A stretch of 32,000 bases of DNA from Horticoccus luteus. GTDB taxonomy: Bacteria > Verrucomicrobiota > Verrucomicrobiia > Opitutales > Opitutaceae. The DNA lies in the NCBI RefSeq assembly GCF_019464535.1, contig NZ_CP080507.1:3030001-3062000 (forward strand). Reading direction: 5' to 3'. A program made the position numbers and the translations under genes. The notes beneath the pieces were generated by a model, which was given only the letters and a program-made list of their open reading frames with translations, had not been told where the DNA came from and searched no databases. Position 1 is the first letter of the stretch. Every line of letters starts with the position of its first letter. Positions 1 to 8,861 of this stretch are shown here, one piece after another.

Positions 1-575
1 GCCGCGTGATCGTCAAACGCGCCGGCCAGCTCGGCGTCGTCTGCATCGCCGATAAAATCCCCGCCGCCACGCACCCCGATTTCGCCGCCATTCAGGTGCT
101 CGGCACCATCCTCGGCGACGGCAAAAACAGCCGGCTCTACCGCGCGCTCACCGACAAAAACATCTCCACTGGCGTCAGCGTGTTTCCCTTCGCGAATCAC
201 GACCCCTCGCTGATGTTCACCTTCATCCCGCTCGCGCCCGGCGCCACCCACGAGCAGGCCGAAAAAATCGCCCTCGAGGAGATCGCCCGCCTCCGCACCG
301 ACGGCGTCACCGATGAAGAGGTGAAGACCGCCGCGGCGAAAATTCTCGCCGACGCCGCCTTCCAACGCGACGGCTCCTTCGCCATCGCCGGCAACCTCAA
401 CGAGTGCATCGCCGCCGGCGATTGGACGCTCTATTATTCCCTCGAAGACGCCACGCGCAAAGTCACCGCCGCCGATGTGAAACGCGTCGCCGACAAATAT
501 CTCAACGTCGATCAAAGCACGACCGGCTGGTTCATCCCGACCAGTTCCACCCCGGCCGCCGTCGCGAAGAAGTAA
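1..575 (+). CDS. M16 (insulinase/pitrilysin) family peptidase, C-terminal part; 5' end lies outside the window
   Basis: The frame is open from the window edge (codon phase of nt 3) to TAA at 573-575. C-ending codon bias matches the other real genes here. The translation (ILGDGKNSRLYRALTDK ... FQRDGSFAIAGNL) looks like a Peptidase_M16 C-terminal domain. A second M16 gene follows 13 nt downstream. Confidence 0.8.
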   Translation, partial: RVIVKRAGQLGVVCIADKIPAATHPDFAAIQVLGTILGDGKNSRLYRALTDKNISTGVSVFPFANHDPSLMFTFIPLAPGATHEQAEKIALEEIARLRTDGVTDEEVKTAAAKILADAAFQRDGSFAIAGNLNECIAAGDWTLYYSLEDATRKVTAADVKRVADKYLNVDQSTTGWFIPTSSTPAAVAKK

Positions 576-588
576 ACCTCAGCCGACC

Positions 589-1926
589 ATGAAAACACTC
601 CTTCTTCTCTGCCTCTCCGCCGCGCTTGTCTCCGTGCCCGCGGCCGTCGCCGCCGACAGCATCGCCAGCCGCGCCGTGCGCACCACGATCGATGGCATCG
701 ACGTCATCGCATATCCCACCGGCGTCAAAGACGTCGTCACCATCCGCGGCGCCCTCCCCGCCGGCGATGCGTTCGCCGATGACAACGTCGCCGTCGCCAC
801 GCTCACCGGCATGATGCTGGACAAGGGCACGACCTCCGCCGACAAATTCGCCATCGCGCAAAAACTCGAAAGCGTGGGCGCCACGATCTCGTTCGACGTC
901 GGCACCCAGATGGCCGAGGTCAACGCCAAGTGCCTCAAGAAAGACGCTGCGCTCGTCATCGGGCTCATCGCCGAGCAACTGCGCTCCCCGGCGTTTTCCC
1001 CTGAAGAGTTCGACAAAGTGAAGAAGCAGTTCGCCGGCGGTTTGAAGCGCCAGCTCGAAAGCACCGAGTTTCGCGCCGCCGACGCATTCACCCGCGCCGT
1101 CTATCCCCTCGGGCACCCCAACCGCCAGCCCGCGCCAGACGAACTCCTCGCCGCCGCCGCGAGCGCCAAACTCGATGACGTGAAGGCGTTTCACGCGAAA
1201 TACTACGGCCCCGCGCACATGACGCTCGTCATCGTGGGCGACCTCGACATCCCGCAACTCCAGCAGGACATCACGAAATCCTTCGCCGGCTGGACGGGCG
1301 GCGTCGACGTCATCCACCCCGCGAAGGCGAAGATGACCGATGCCGCGCGCGACCAAAACGTATTCATGGCCGACAAGACCAGCGTCACCGTGATCATGGG
1401 CGAATCGAGCGGCTTGCGTTACAGCGATCCCGACTATCAGGCATTGCGCGTGGGCACCGCGATCCTCGGCAGCGGTTTCACCGGTCGCTTGATGTCCACC
1501 GTTCGCGACAAGGAAGGTCTCACCTACGGCATCGGCTCCAATCTGGCGCACGACACGTTTAGCGATGGCGACTGGAAGATCAGCGCGACCTTCGCTCCGG
1601 CGCTCCTCGACCAAGGCCTCGCTTCCACGAAACGCCAGCTCGACCTTTGGTATGAGAACGGCGTCACGGATCAGGAACTCGCCCACCGCAAGACCGACCT
1701 CATCGGTTCGTTCAAGGTCGGCCTCGCCACCACCGACGGCATGGCGGCGAGCCTTCTCAACACGATTCATCGCGGCTACGACCTGAACTGGCTCGACGAA
1801 TATCCGAAGAAAATCGATTCGCTCACGACCGCGCAGGTCAACGGCGCCATCAAGAAATACGTGCGGCCCGATGAAGTCTATATCATCAAGGCTGGCACGA
1901 TCCCCGGCGCGACCGCTGCACCCTGA
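589..1926 (+). CDS. M16 family peptidase-like protein, secreted, apparently the non-catalytic partner subunit (445 aa)
   Basis: N-terminal signal peptide MKTLLLLCLSAALVSVPAAVAA. M16 architecture is seen throughout (GLTYGIGS..., paired N and C domains). The position that normally holds the HxxEH zinc motif reads ATLTGMMLDKGT, with no His or Glu. Confidence 0.85.
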   Translation: MKTLLLLCLSAALVSVPAAVAADSIASRAVRTTIDGIDVIAYPTGVKDVVTIRGALPAGDAFADDNVAVATLTGMMLDKGTTSADKFAIAQKLESVGATISFDVGTQMAEVNAKCLKKDAALVIGLIAEQLRSPAFSPEEFDKVKKQFAGGLKRQLESTEFRAADAFTRAVYPLGHPNRQPAPDELLAAAASAKLDDVKAFHAKYYGPAHMTLVIVGDLDIPQLQQDITKSFAGWTGGVDVIHPAKAKMTDAARDQNVFMADKTSVTVIMGESSGLRYSDPDYQALRVGTAILGSGFTGRLMSTVRDKEGLTYGIGSNLAHDTFSDGDWKISATFAPALLDQGLASTKRQLDLWYENGVTDQELAHRKTDLIGSFKVGLATTDGMAASLLNTIHRGYDLNWLDEYPKKIDSLTTAQVNGAIKKYVRPDEVYIIKAGTIPGATAAP

Positions 1927-1989
1927 CCGCCGCCCTGCGCGCCTCCGCGCCGGCTCCTCTGCGCTGCCGACGCAGTAACTTCACCTCAA

Positions 1990-2018
1990 CGCCCGCCGGT
2001 TTGGTGGGCGTTTTTTTT
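1990..2018 (+). terminator. Rho-independent terminator after the M16 gene pair
   Basis: CGCCCGCC (1990-1997) pairs with GGTGGGCG (2003-2010), including one G-U pair. The loop is GGTTT, and eight T follow at 2011-2018. It lies 64 nt past the TGA at 1924-1926. Confidence 0.75.
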
Positions 2019-2144
2019 GCGCTCGTTCCAGTTAAACACGCGCCCCTTTCGCAACGCCGGATGGCCGCGCGCTCGGCCCTATCGCCAGCGGATACAGAGC
2101 ATCGCTTTGCCCGCGCGCGTCTTTTGCGCCCCGTCTCCACCTCG

Positions 2145-3974
2145 CTATTTGCGCGGCGCCTCGGGCTCATCGCGCACTGGCAGCGTCACGGCAAAGCGAC
2201 TGCCTTGCCCAGGCGTGCTCGTCGCCCGCACGCTGCCGCCGTGGCGTTCCGCGATGCGCCGCACGATCGCGAGCCCGATCCCGGTCCCGTCATAGCGATT
2301 GTAACCATGCAACCGCTCGAACGGCGCAAAGATCCGCTCGGCATAACGCTCATCGAAGCCGATGCCGTTGTCCTCGACGATGAGGACGACCTTCCCCGGC
2401 GCGCATTCAGCCCGCACCTTGACCACCGACGGCACGTCCGGCCGCCGAAACTTCAGCGCGTTGCCCACCAAATTGGCCAGCAGCTGATGCAACTGCGTCG
2501 GATCGCCCATCACAACGGGCAACGCCTCCGCCTCGACTCGCCCGCCCGTCTCCTCCATCCGCACGGCGAGCTCCTCCAGCACGGTGCCCAGCGTCGCGTT
2601 CAGGTCCACCCGGGCGCGCTTCGGCGCGAGGGCCGAGGTTCGCGAATACGTGAAAATATCCCGCACCAGCGAACGCAGCCGCTCCACCGATGCCTCGATC
2701 CGCTCCACAAACGTCCGCCCCGCCGGATCCAGTTGTTCACTGTGCTCCGCCCGCAACAACGACGCGAACGAGCTGATCAACCGCAACGGCTCGTTCAAAT
2801 CGTGCGACGCAATACGCGCGAAATCATCCAGGTCCCGATTCGCCTCCGCGAGGGCCTTGGTGCGCTTCTGCACCCGCGCTTCCAGTGATTCGTTGAGCAA
2901 CCGCAGCTCCAGTTCGCGCGCCCTCAGCTTGTCGGCGCTCTGCCGCAACACGGTCGCCACCACATCCGTCTCCCGCATGCCCGTTTTCGCCGCGCCGAGC
3001 GGCTCCGTCCGCACCAGCGCCCCGGCGTCCGCCACCAGCGACTGCACGCCGCGCCACACGCCCCGGCTCACCCACCACGCCATCGCGACCGTGAGCGCGC
3101 CGAGCACCGCCGCAGCCCCCAGCACCCAAACCACCCACTCATGCGCCGACGCATATAAATCCGCCCGCGGCGCTCCGATGATCACGCTCCACGGCGTGTC
3201 GCGCGAACGACTAAACGCCGAGATCGTGGGGATTCCGTCGAGCGTCACCGTCTCGATCGAACCCTCTTCGCTCGCGTGCATGGCCGCCATCATGTCGGCG
3301 GACGCCTGGCGTCCGATATACTGCTCGCCACCGCGATTTCGCGCCACCACCCGCGCGTCGCCATCGACGATTGAGACCGTCCAACCGGGCCCGATATTCG
3401 GCCCCAAAAGTAATTTCGACAGCACCGCCGGTCGCATCGCGAGATTCAAGGTGTAACGCAATTCTCCCTCCCGCTGGATCGGAATCGCGACAAACACCAG
3501 CCACTCGCCCGTCGCCGGACCCTGGATCAAATTCGAAACATACGTCTGGCCCGCGAGCGCCGCCTGCCGAAAGGAATCGCGAAAATGGATCATCGGCAAC
3601 GGCGCCCCAAACGGCAGCGCCGTGTTGATGATCTGCTGCCGATCCGCGCCGATCAGCACCACCCACTCGTCGCGGCTCGTCGTCACCTGACGCGCCTGCT
3701 CGTAGAATCCGCGAAAGTCCCCACTCTCCAACTTCGCGGAAGTCGCCAGTCCCTTGAGCAACGCTTCCTTTTCCCGCAGCACGCCATCGACCACGAGTCG
3801 CCGCATCCGCGTGAGCAGCTCCGTCTGTCGCGTGAGGGCATCCCGTTCGCGGCGATAGGATTCTGCCAGCAGCGTCGCCGCTAGCAGCAACACCGGCAGA
3901 ATGACCGCGACCACCAGCAGTGCCAACCGGCCGCGTAACGAATGGAAAAGGAACTGGGAAAGTCGGTGAGCCAT
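2145..3974 (-). CDS. Sensor histidine kinase with periplasmic Cache-like domain (609 aa from ATG 3974)
   Basis: Two TM segments (LALLVVAVILPVLLLAATLL and WVVWVLGAAAVLGALTVAMAWWV) bracket about 270 aa containing a Cache-like TYVSNLIQGPATGEWLVFVAIPI motif. A coiled coil follows, then the HisKA H-box IASHDLNEPLR and the HATPase_c motifs DNGIGFD and GTGIGLAIVRRIAERHGG. I chose the start at MAHRLSQ (3974) rather than the track start at 4034, which would overlap the upstream gene. Confidence 0.9.
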   Translation of the reverse strand: MAHRLSQFLFHSLRGRLALLVVAVILPVLLLAATLLAESYRRERDALTRQTELLTRMRRLVVDGVLREKEALLKGLATSAKLESGDFRGFYEQARQVTTSRDEWVVLIGADRQQIINTALPFGAPLPMIHFRDSFRQAALAGQTYVSNLIQGPATGEWLVFVAIPIQREGELRYTLNLAMRPAVLSKLLLGPNIGPGWTVSIVDGDARVVARNRGGEQYIGRQASADMMAAMHASEEGSIETVTLDGIPTISAFSRSRDTPWSVIIGAPRADLYASAHEWVVWVLGAAAVLGALTVAMAWWVSRGVWRGVQSLVADAGALVRTEPLGAAKTGMRETDVVATVLRQSADKLRARELELRLLNESLEARVQKRTKALAEANRDLDDFARIASHDLNEPLRLISSFASLLRAEHSEQLDPAGRTFVERIEASVERLRSLVRDIFTYSRTSALAPKRARVDLNATLGTVLEELAVRMEETGGRVEAEALPVVMGDPTQLHQLLANLVGNALKFRRPDVPSVVKVRAECAPGKVVLIVEDNGIGFDERYAERIFAPFERLHGYNRYDGTGIGLAIVRRIAERHGGSVRATSTPGQGSRFAVTLPVRDEPEAPRK

Positions 3975-4003
3975 ACGGCACCGTCCGAAGGACGCGCGCG
4001 CGT

Positions 4004-5044
4004 TCAGGCTCCCGAAGGTTCTTCCTTTTGCCAAGCTTTTGCCGCGGGCGCACCTTCACCCAACGCGTCCCGCACCTGCGCCACGAGCGCATAGGAATGC
4101 AGCCGCGCCGCCTGTTCGTAAATCGCCGCCGTCACCATCAACTCATCCACTTTCGTCCGCGCAAGAAACGCCGCCAATCCCCGCCGCACCGTCGCCGGCG
4201 CGCCCACCACCGCCTCGCTGAACGCATGCTCTACGCCGGCCTTTTCCACCGCCGACCAATGCCCGTCCATGCTCGCCACCGGCGGCGGCAAAGGCCCTGG
4301 CTCCCCGCGCCGCAGTTTCACGAAACTCAATTTCTGCGACGTGAACAACCGCCCCGCCTCCTCGTCGGTATCCGCCGCGATTACCCCGATGCACGCCATC
4401 GCATACGGCGTCGGCCATTCCCGCGACGGCCGGTAGTCGCGCCGGTAGATCGCCAGCGCGTCCATCAACGCATCCGGCGCGAAGTGCGATGCAAACGCGA
4501 ACGGCCGCCCGAGCGCCGCCGCCAGTTGCGCACTGAACAGACTCGAGCCCAGCAGCCATACCGGCACGTCCTCGCCCGCCCCCGGCACCGCGCGCACGGC
4601 CTGCCCCGGCGACGCCGGTTGGAAATAATGCATGAGCTCCACGACATCGTCCGGAAATGTATCCGCCCCGCCCCGCGTGCGTCGCAGCGCCCGCGCCGTC
4701 ACCTGATCCGTGCCCGGCGCGCGCCCCAATCCCAGATCGATCCGGCCGGGAAACAACGCCGCGAGAGTGCCGAACTGCTCCGCGATTACGAGCGGGGCGT
4801 GGTTCGGCAGCATGATGCCGCCCGACCCCACGCGAATCCGCTTCGTGCCCTCCGCCACGTGCCCGATCGCCACCGCCGTCGCGGCACTCGCGATCCCTGG
4901 CATGTTGTGATGCTCCGCCATCCAAAACCGCCGGTAGCCCAGTCGCTCCGCGTGTTGCGCGAGCTCCCGGCTGCGGCGCAACGCATCTCCTGCCGTCCCA
5001 CCCTGCGGTATCGGCGATAAATCCAGCACAGAAAAAGGCACCAT
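4004..5044 (-). CDS. LLM-class (luciferase-like) flavin-dependent oxidoreductase, 346 aa
   Basis: [12 protein letters not shown]...[24 protein letters not shown]...[39 protein letters not shown] is the characteristic N-terminal signature of luciferase-family group-1 oxidoreductases. Confidence 0.9.
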   Translation of the reverse strand: MVPFSVLDLSPIPQGGTAGDALRRSRELAQHAERLGYRRFWMAEHHNMPGIASAATAVAIGHVAEGTKRIRVGSGGIMLPNHAPLVIAEQFGTLAALFPGRIDLGLGRAPGTDQVTARALRRTRGGADTFPDDVVELMHYFQPASPGQAVRAVPGAGEDVPVWLLGSSLFSAQLAAALGRPFAFASHFAPDALMDALAIYRRDYRPSREWPTPYAMACIGVIAADTDEEAGRLFTSQKLSFVKLRRGEPGPLPPPVASMDGHWSAVEKAGVEHAFSEAVVGAPATVRRGLAAFLARTKVDELMVTAAIYEQAARLHSYALVAQVRDALGEGAPAAKAWQKEEPSGA

Positions 5045-5150
5045 GCCGTAACGTGCGTAGTCCGCCGGTTTTTTCCAGCGCGCCGGGCTTCCGCGTCGCG
5101 CTACCGGGCGTCACGTCCGACGCCCGGTTCCGTCCTGTCCTATGCGGCGC

Positions 5151-7280
5151 TCACTTTTTCGCGCCCGGTGCGTCAGCGGACTTTTTCGGCAACCCCACGT
5201 AGTTCAGAAACGCGTCCATCGAACGCGGCCGCCCGAGGAATTTCTCCACCGATTCGCCCACGTCGCGTGTATCGCCCACGCCATACACTTCCTTCCGCAG
5301 GCGCAGGCCTGTGTCCACATCGAGAAACCCATCCGCCGCCTGCTTGAACACGCTCGCCATGTCGATCGCCATCACCCGCGACCACAGGTAACCATAGTAA
5401 CCCGCATCATAGCCCACGAGGTGACCGAAATACGTCACAAACGACGTCCCTTCCGGCTGCGCCACAAACACCCGCGCCAGCACGTCGTTGCTCAATCCCA
5501 CCACGTCCACCTTCGCCGCCTGCGCCGGCGTCAACAGATGCAGCCGCAGATCGATCAGCCCAAACGAAAGCTGGCGGCGGTTGTAATACCCTTCCGTCGC
5601 CACGCGCGCCTTCGTCAGCGCCGCGATCGTCTCCGCAGGGATCTTCTTGCTCGGGTCGCGGTAATCGGCGGCGAACGTGTCGAGCACCGCCTTGTCCCAC
5701 GGCCAGTTCTCCAGCATCTGCGACGGCCCTTCCACAAAATCCTGCGGCACGCCAAACGAGGTCTGCGCCTGGAACCGCGCGCGACTGAGAATGCCATGCA
5801 TCACGTGTCCGAACTCGTGAAACAACGTGACCACTTCGTCGTGCGCCAGCAGCGAAGGCTTGTCGCCCGCCGGCGGCGGGAAGTTGCACACCAGCACTTC
5901 CACCGGCAGTTCATACTTCCCCTCCGCCCCCACCCGGCCCGGCGTCTGCGGGAAACACGCGAAGTGGTTGAATTTTCCCTCGCGCGGAAACATGTCCAAA
6001 TAAAATGACCCCATCGCCACGCCGGTCTTCGCGTCGCTCACCACGAAAAACTGCACGCCCGGCGTCCACAGATACGGCGCCTCCACCCGGGTAAACGTCA
6101 GCCCGAAGATCCGTTGATAAATGCGAAACATCCCCTCGAGCGTCGCCTGATACGGGAAGTAAACGCGCAACTGCTCCGCATCGACCGCGTAGCGCTCCTT
6201 CTTGAGCTGATTGAGATAATAGCGGATGTCCCACGCCTCCAGTTTCGCCGCCGGATCCTTCGTCTCGCTCACTTTCAACTGGCGCAACGTCTCCAGCTCC
6301 GCCGACCACTTCGGTTGCAGCGCCGTCACCAGATCCTCCTCGAACTTCAACGCCGCCGCTCCCGTCTTCGCCATGCGCGTCTCCGTGCGATAGTCCGCCC
6401 ATGACCCGTAGCCGAGCCGGTGCGCGATCTCCGCGCGCAACTGCACCAGCTTCGTCAACACCGGCGTGTTCGACTCCTTCGCCAGCGTCTCGCGCGCCAC
6501 CAGCGCCCGCCGCCGTGTTTCCGGATTCGTCGCATTTTCTTCCAACGCCAGCGCGTGAAAGGTGATGTTCAACATCGCGCGGAATTTTCCGTCCGCCTGC
6601 TTCACGCCCGGGCTCGCCAGAAAACTTTCCGGCACGCCCGCCAGCTCCTCCGCCGTGAAATCGATCGGCGCCCGCGCCTGGTTGATGTTCGTCGAAAACT
6701 GCTCCTCCGTCGCCGACAGTTCCTTGCGCAAACCTTCGACCGCTTTCTGCTCCTCCGCCGGCAACGCCAGACCCGCGCGCCGGTAATCGCGCAACGTGAA
6801 ATCCACCAGCCGCTGCTCCTGCGCATCGAGCTTCGTCCCGCGATCGGCGAACGCTTTCAACACCCGGTAAACATCCGCGCGATAATCCAGCGCGATCGCC
6901 CATTGCTGCAACGTCACCGACGCCGCCCGCGCCGCGTCGCGCGTCGCCACGTCCACGCTTGTCTCCGAAACGAAATCGTTCTGCCCCGCATACGCCGCCA
7001 CGTCGCCCGTGATCGCATCATACGCCGCGAACGTGCTCGCGAACGTCGCCGCGTCCGCCGGTTGCTGTGCCAGTTTCGCCAGCGCCGCATCGGCGCGCGC
7101 GATGGCCGCCTTCGTCATGCTTTGCACCTCCGCCGCGTTTCGCGCCCACGTCGGCAGCACGAGCGCCATGCCATCGCGCGTCGCCTGCGCCTGCAGGTCC
7201 TCCAGTTTCGTCGCCGCGGTCATCACCGCGCCGGCACCAATGAACCCAATTCCAAAGCCAATCCAACGGAGTATTTTCAT
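5151..7280 (-). CDS. M3 family metallopeptidase (oligopeptidase A / peptidyl-dipeptidase Dcp-like), exported, 709 aa
   Basis: HEFGHVMH zinc motif with a downstream FVEGPSQMLENW glutamate region. Length and layout fit M3A. The start was moved to MKILRWIGFGIGFIGAGAVMTAA (ATG at 7280), a signal/anchor sequence; the track start at 7487 would overlap the neighbouring gene. Confidence 0.9.
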   Translation of the reverse strand: MKILRWIGFGIGFIGAGAVMTAATKLEDLQAQATRDGMALVLPTWARNAAEVQSMTKAAIARADAALAKLAQQPADAATFASTFAAYDAITGDVAAYAGQNDFVSETSVDVATRDAARAASVTLQQWAIALDYRADVYRVLKAFADRGTKLDAQEQRLVDFTLRDYRRAGLALPAEEQKAVEGLRKELSATEEQFSTNINQARAPIDFTAEELAGVPESFLASPGVKQADGKFRAMLNITFHALALEENATNPETRRRALVARETLAKESNTPVLTKLVQLRAEIAHRLGYGSWADYRTETRMAKTGAAALKFEEDLVTALQPKWSAELETLRQLKVSETKDPAAKLEAWDIRYYLNQLKKERYAVDAEQLRVYFPYQATLEGMFRIYQRIFGLTFTRVEAPYLWTPGVQFFVVSDAKTGVAMGSFYLDMFPREGKFNHFACFPQTPGRVGAEGKYELPVEVLVCNFPPPAGDKPSLLAHDEVVTLFHEFGHVMHGILSRARFQAQTSFGVPQDFVEGPSQMLENWPWDKAVLDTFAADYRDPSKKIPAETIAALTKARVATEGYYNRRQLSFGLIDLRLHLLTPAQAAKVDVVGLSNDVLARVFVAQPEGTSFVTYFGHLVGYDAGYYGYLWSRVMAIDMASVFKQAADGFLDVDTGLRLRKEVYGVGDTRDVGESVEKFLGRPRSMDAFLNYVGLPKKSADAPGAKK

Positions 7281-7372
7281 GGGGAGGGAAAGCTGCGCGC
7301 GGCAAACCTGCCGGCGACTGCCCTCCGTTAGAACCACTGTGCGCGGCGCACGCAAACTCTTCCCATCACCCG

Positions 7373-7990
7373 CTAAAACCGCTTCGCCAACCCGACCATC
7401 GGCCCCAGCGCATTCAACCCAGGGTTTACCTTGTCCATCCCGCGGTTCGACACGTGTTGGAAATACAGCCCCAGCGAGACCACCCACGCTTCCTTCAGCC
7501 GGTAGCGCGCCCCCGCGTGCATCAACCAGTTCAGATTAAAATCCTGCCCCTGCCCGCCCGGCACCTCGTAGCCCTTGCTGTCCAGCCAGCCGACCCCGCC
7601 GCCCGCCGCGAAAAACGCCGCGCCACGCTCCGACGCGTTGCGCCATTCCAGTTCTCCTGCCGCCGCCACCCCGAGAAAAGAGTGCTCCGGCCCCCGCACG
7701 ATCGGCTCGATCAGCAGGCTGAAATGCGACCGCATCATCAACGTCCCGCCCCACAACGGCCGTTCCCCCACCGGCGGAATCTTCAGCGAAAAAATCTGCG
7801 GCAGCACCGTGTAACTCAACGGCGTCGCCCCGCCGCCCACACTCCACAACACGCCGGTCATCGCCTCGATTTCGTAACGCGGCGCCGTCTTCGTCTCCAC
7901 TGCGACTGCCGCGATTTCCGCGCGCGCCAACCCTGCGCTCATCACCATGAACGCCGCGCTCAACAACGTGCTGCGAAGACGAATTGCCAT
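7373..7990 (-). CDS. PagL-like acyloxyacyl hydrolase / lipid A 3-O-deacylase family outer-membrane protein (205 aa)
   Basis: Signal peptide MAIRLRSTLLSAAFMVMSAGLARA. Alternating beta-strand pattern, a QHVSNRG motif (the His-x-Ser-Asn of PagL catalytic sites) and a C-terminal aromatic residue (KRF) typical of beta-barrels. Confidence 0.7.
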   Translation of the reverse strand: MAIRLRSTLLSAAFMVMSAGLARAEIAAVAVETKTAPRYEIEAMTGVLWSVGGGATPLSYTVLPQIFSLKIPPVGERPLWGGTLMMRSHFSLLIEPIVRGPEHSFLGVAAAGELEWRNASERGAAFFAAGGGVGWLDSKGYEVPGGQGQDFNLNWLMHAGARYRLKEAWVVSLGLYFQHVSNRGMDKVNPGLNALGPMVGLAKRF

Positions 7991-8120
7991 TCGCCCACCC
8001 AATCCGCCGCCCGCCGCCGATTCGAACACATTCTCGCTTGCCCCCTTCTCGCCGGCCCGCCCGCCCTGCCTCCCGCCACCCGCCTCACGCGGTGCGCCTC
8101 AATCGTCCGCACGCCGCCCG

Positions 8121-8720
8121 CTACGTTGACGGAAACTCAATCACCTGCCCCGTCTCGTAACCTTCCACGCTTTGCTCGTAAAGTTCCGCCACGTCCCGCG
8201 CCGAACGCCCCGGCGCCGGATCCATTTTATACGCGATCAACGTCTCCGTCACCCACGGCGGACTCACCACGTTCACCCGGATTCCCCGCGGCAGTTCCAA
8301 CGCCGCCGCGCGCGCGAAGCCCTCGAGCCCCGCGTTCACCAGACTGATCGCCGCGCTGCCCGGCATCGGCGAGTGCGACAGCACGCCACTCGTCAGCGTA
8401 AACGACCCGCCGTCGTTCACGTGCTCCGCCCCGTAGCGCACCAGGTTCACCTGCCCCATCAATTTGTTCGCCAGCGAAAACTGCACATCCGCATCACTCA
8501 ACTCCGCCAGCGGCGCAAACTTCGCCGCGCCCGCCGCGCTGACGACCGCATCCACTGGGCCGACGTCTCGAAACAGCGCGCGAATCGAGTCCGGCTCTGC
8601 CAGATCGAACCGCCGCTCCGCCCTCTGCCGGCTCGCCCCGATCACTTCGTGGCGCATGCCAAGACTCTTGACCACTGCCCGACCGATGGTGCCCGTGGCA
8701 CCGATGACGAGGATACGCAT
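8121..8720 (-). CDS. Short (199 aa) SDR-fold NAD(P)-binding protein, atypical
   Basis: N-terminal Rossmann motif MRILVIGATGTIGRAVV and the SDR-like central segment NVVSPPWV. The canonical YxxxK is not visible. Confidence 0.8.
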   Translation of the reverse strand: MRILVIGATGTIGRAVVKSLGMRHEVIGASRQRAERRFDLAEPDSIRALFRDVGPVDAVVSAAGAAKFAPLAELSDADVQFSLANKLMGQVNLVRYGAEHVNDGGSFTLTSGVLSHSPMPGSAAISLVNAGLEGFARAAALELPRGIRVNVVSPPWVTETLIAYKMDPAPGRSARDVAELYEQSVEGYETGQVIEFPST

Positions 8721-8861
8721 GATGTTTTCGTGAATTGCTGACGACTGCGGTTAAACGAACCACAGCCTAATGCGTGCGCCGAAAAACGCCAGTCGACCGC
8801 TGCGCCCGACGTGCAGCAACACCGCGCTTTGACATCTCCCGCGTCCGTTCAACACTGGCGC

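Noticed and set aside
532-1770. 412-aa minus-strand ORF; also Arg-rich plus-strand ORFs such as 3920-5020, 5142-6008, 6420-7331, 14544-15716 and 16550-17773
   Set aside because: All lie opposite or out of frame to well-supported genes. They translate to Arg/Pro/His-rich or Gly/Asp-rich low-complexity strings typical of wrong-frame reads of high-GC DNA.
8019-8027. GATTCGAAC, a tRNA T-loop-like string in the PagL/SDR intergenic region
   Set aside because: No acceptor-stem complementarity and no D or anticodon arms in the surrounding approximately 80 nt. It looks like a chance match.
8829-8857. Perfect TTGACA hexamer with a weak AACACT -10 upstream of the helicase
   Set aside because: The -10 match is poor, at 3/6. 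The implied transcription start would fall at or after the proposed ATG at 8862. This is not enough to call a promoter.
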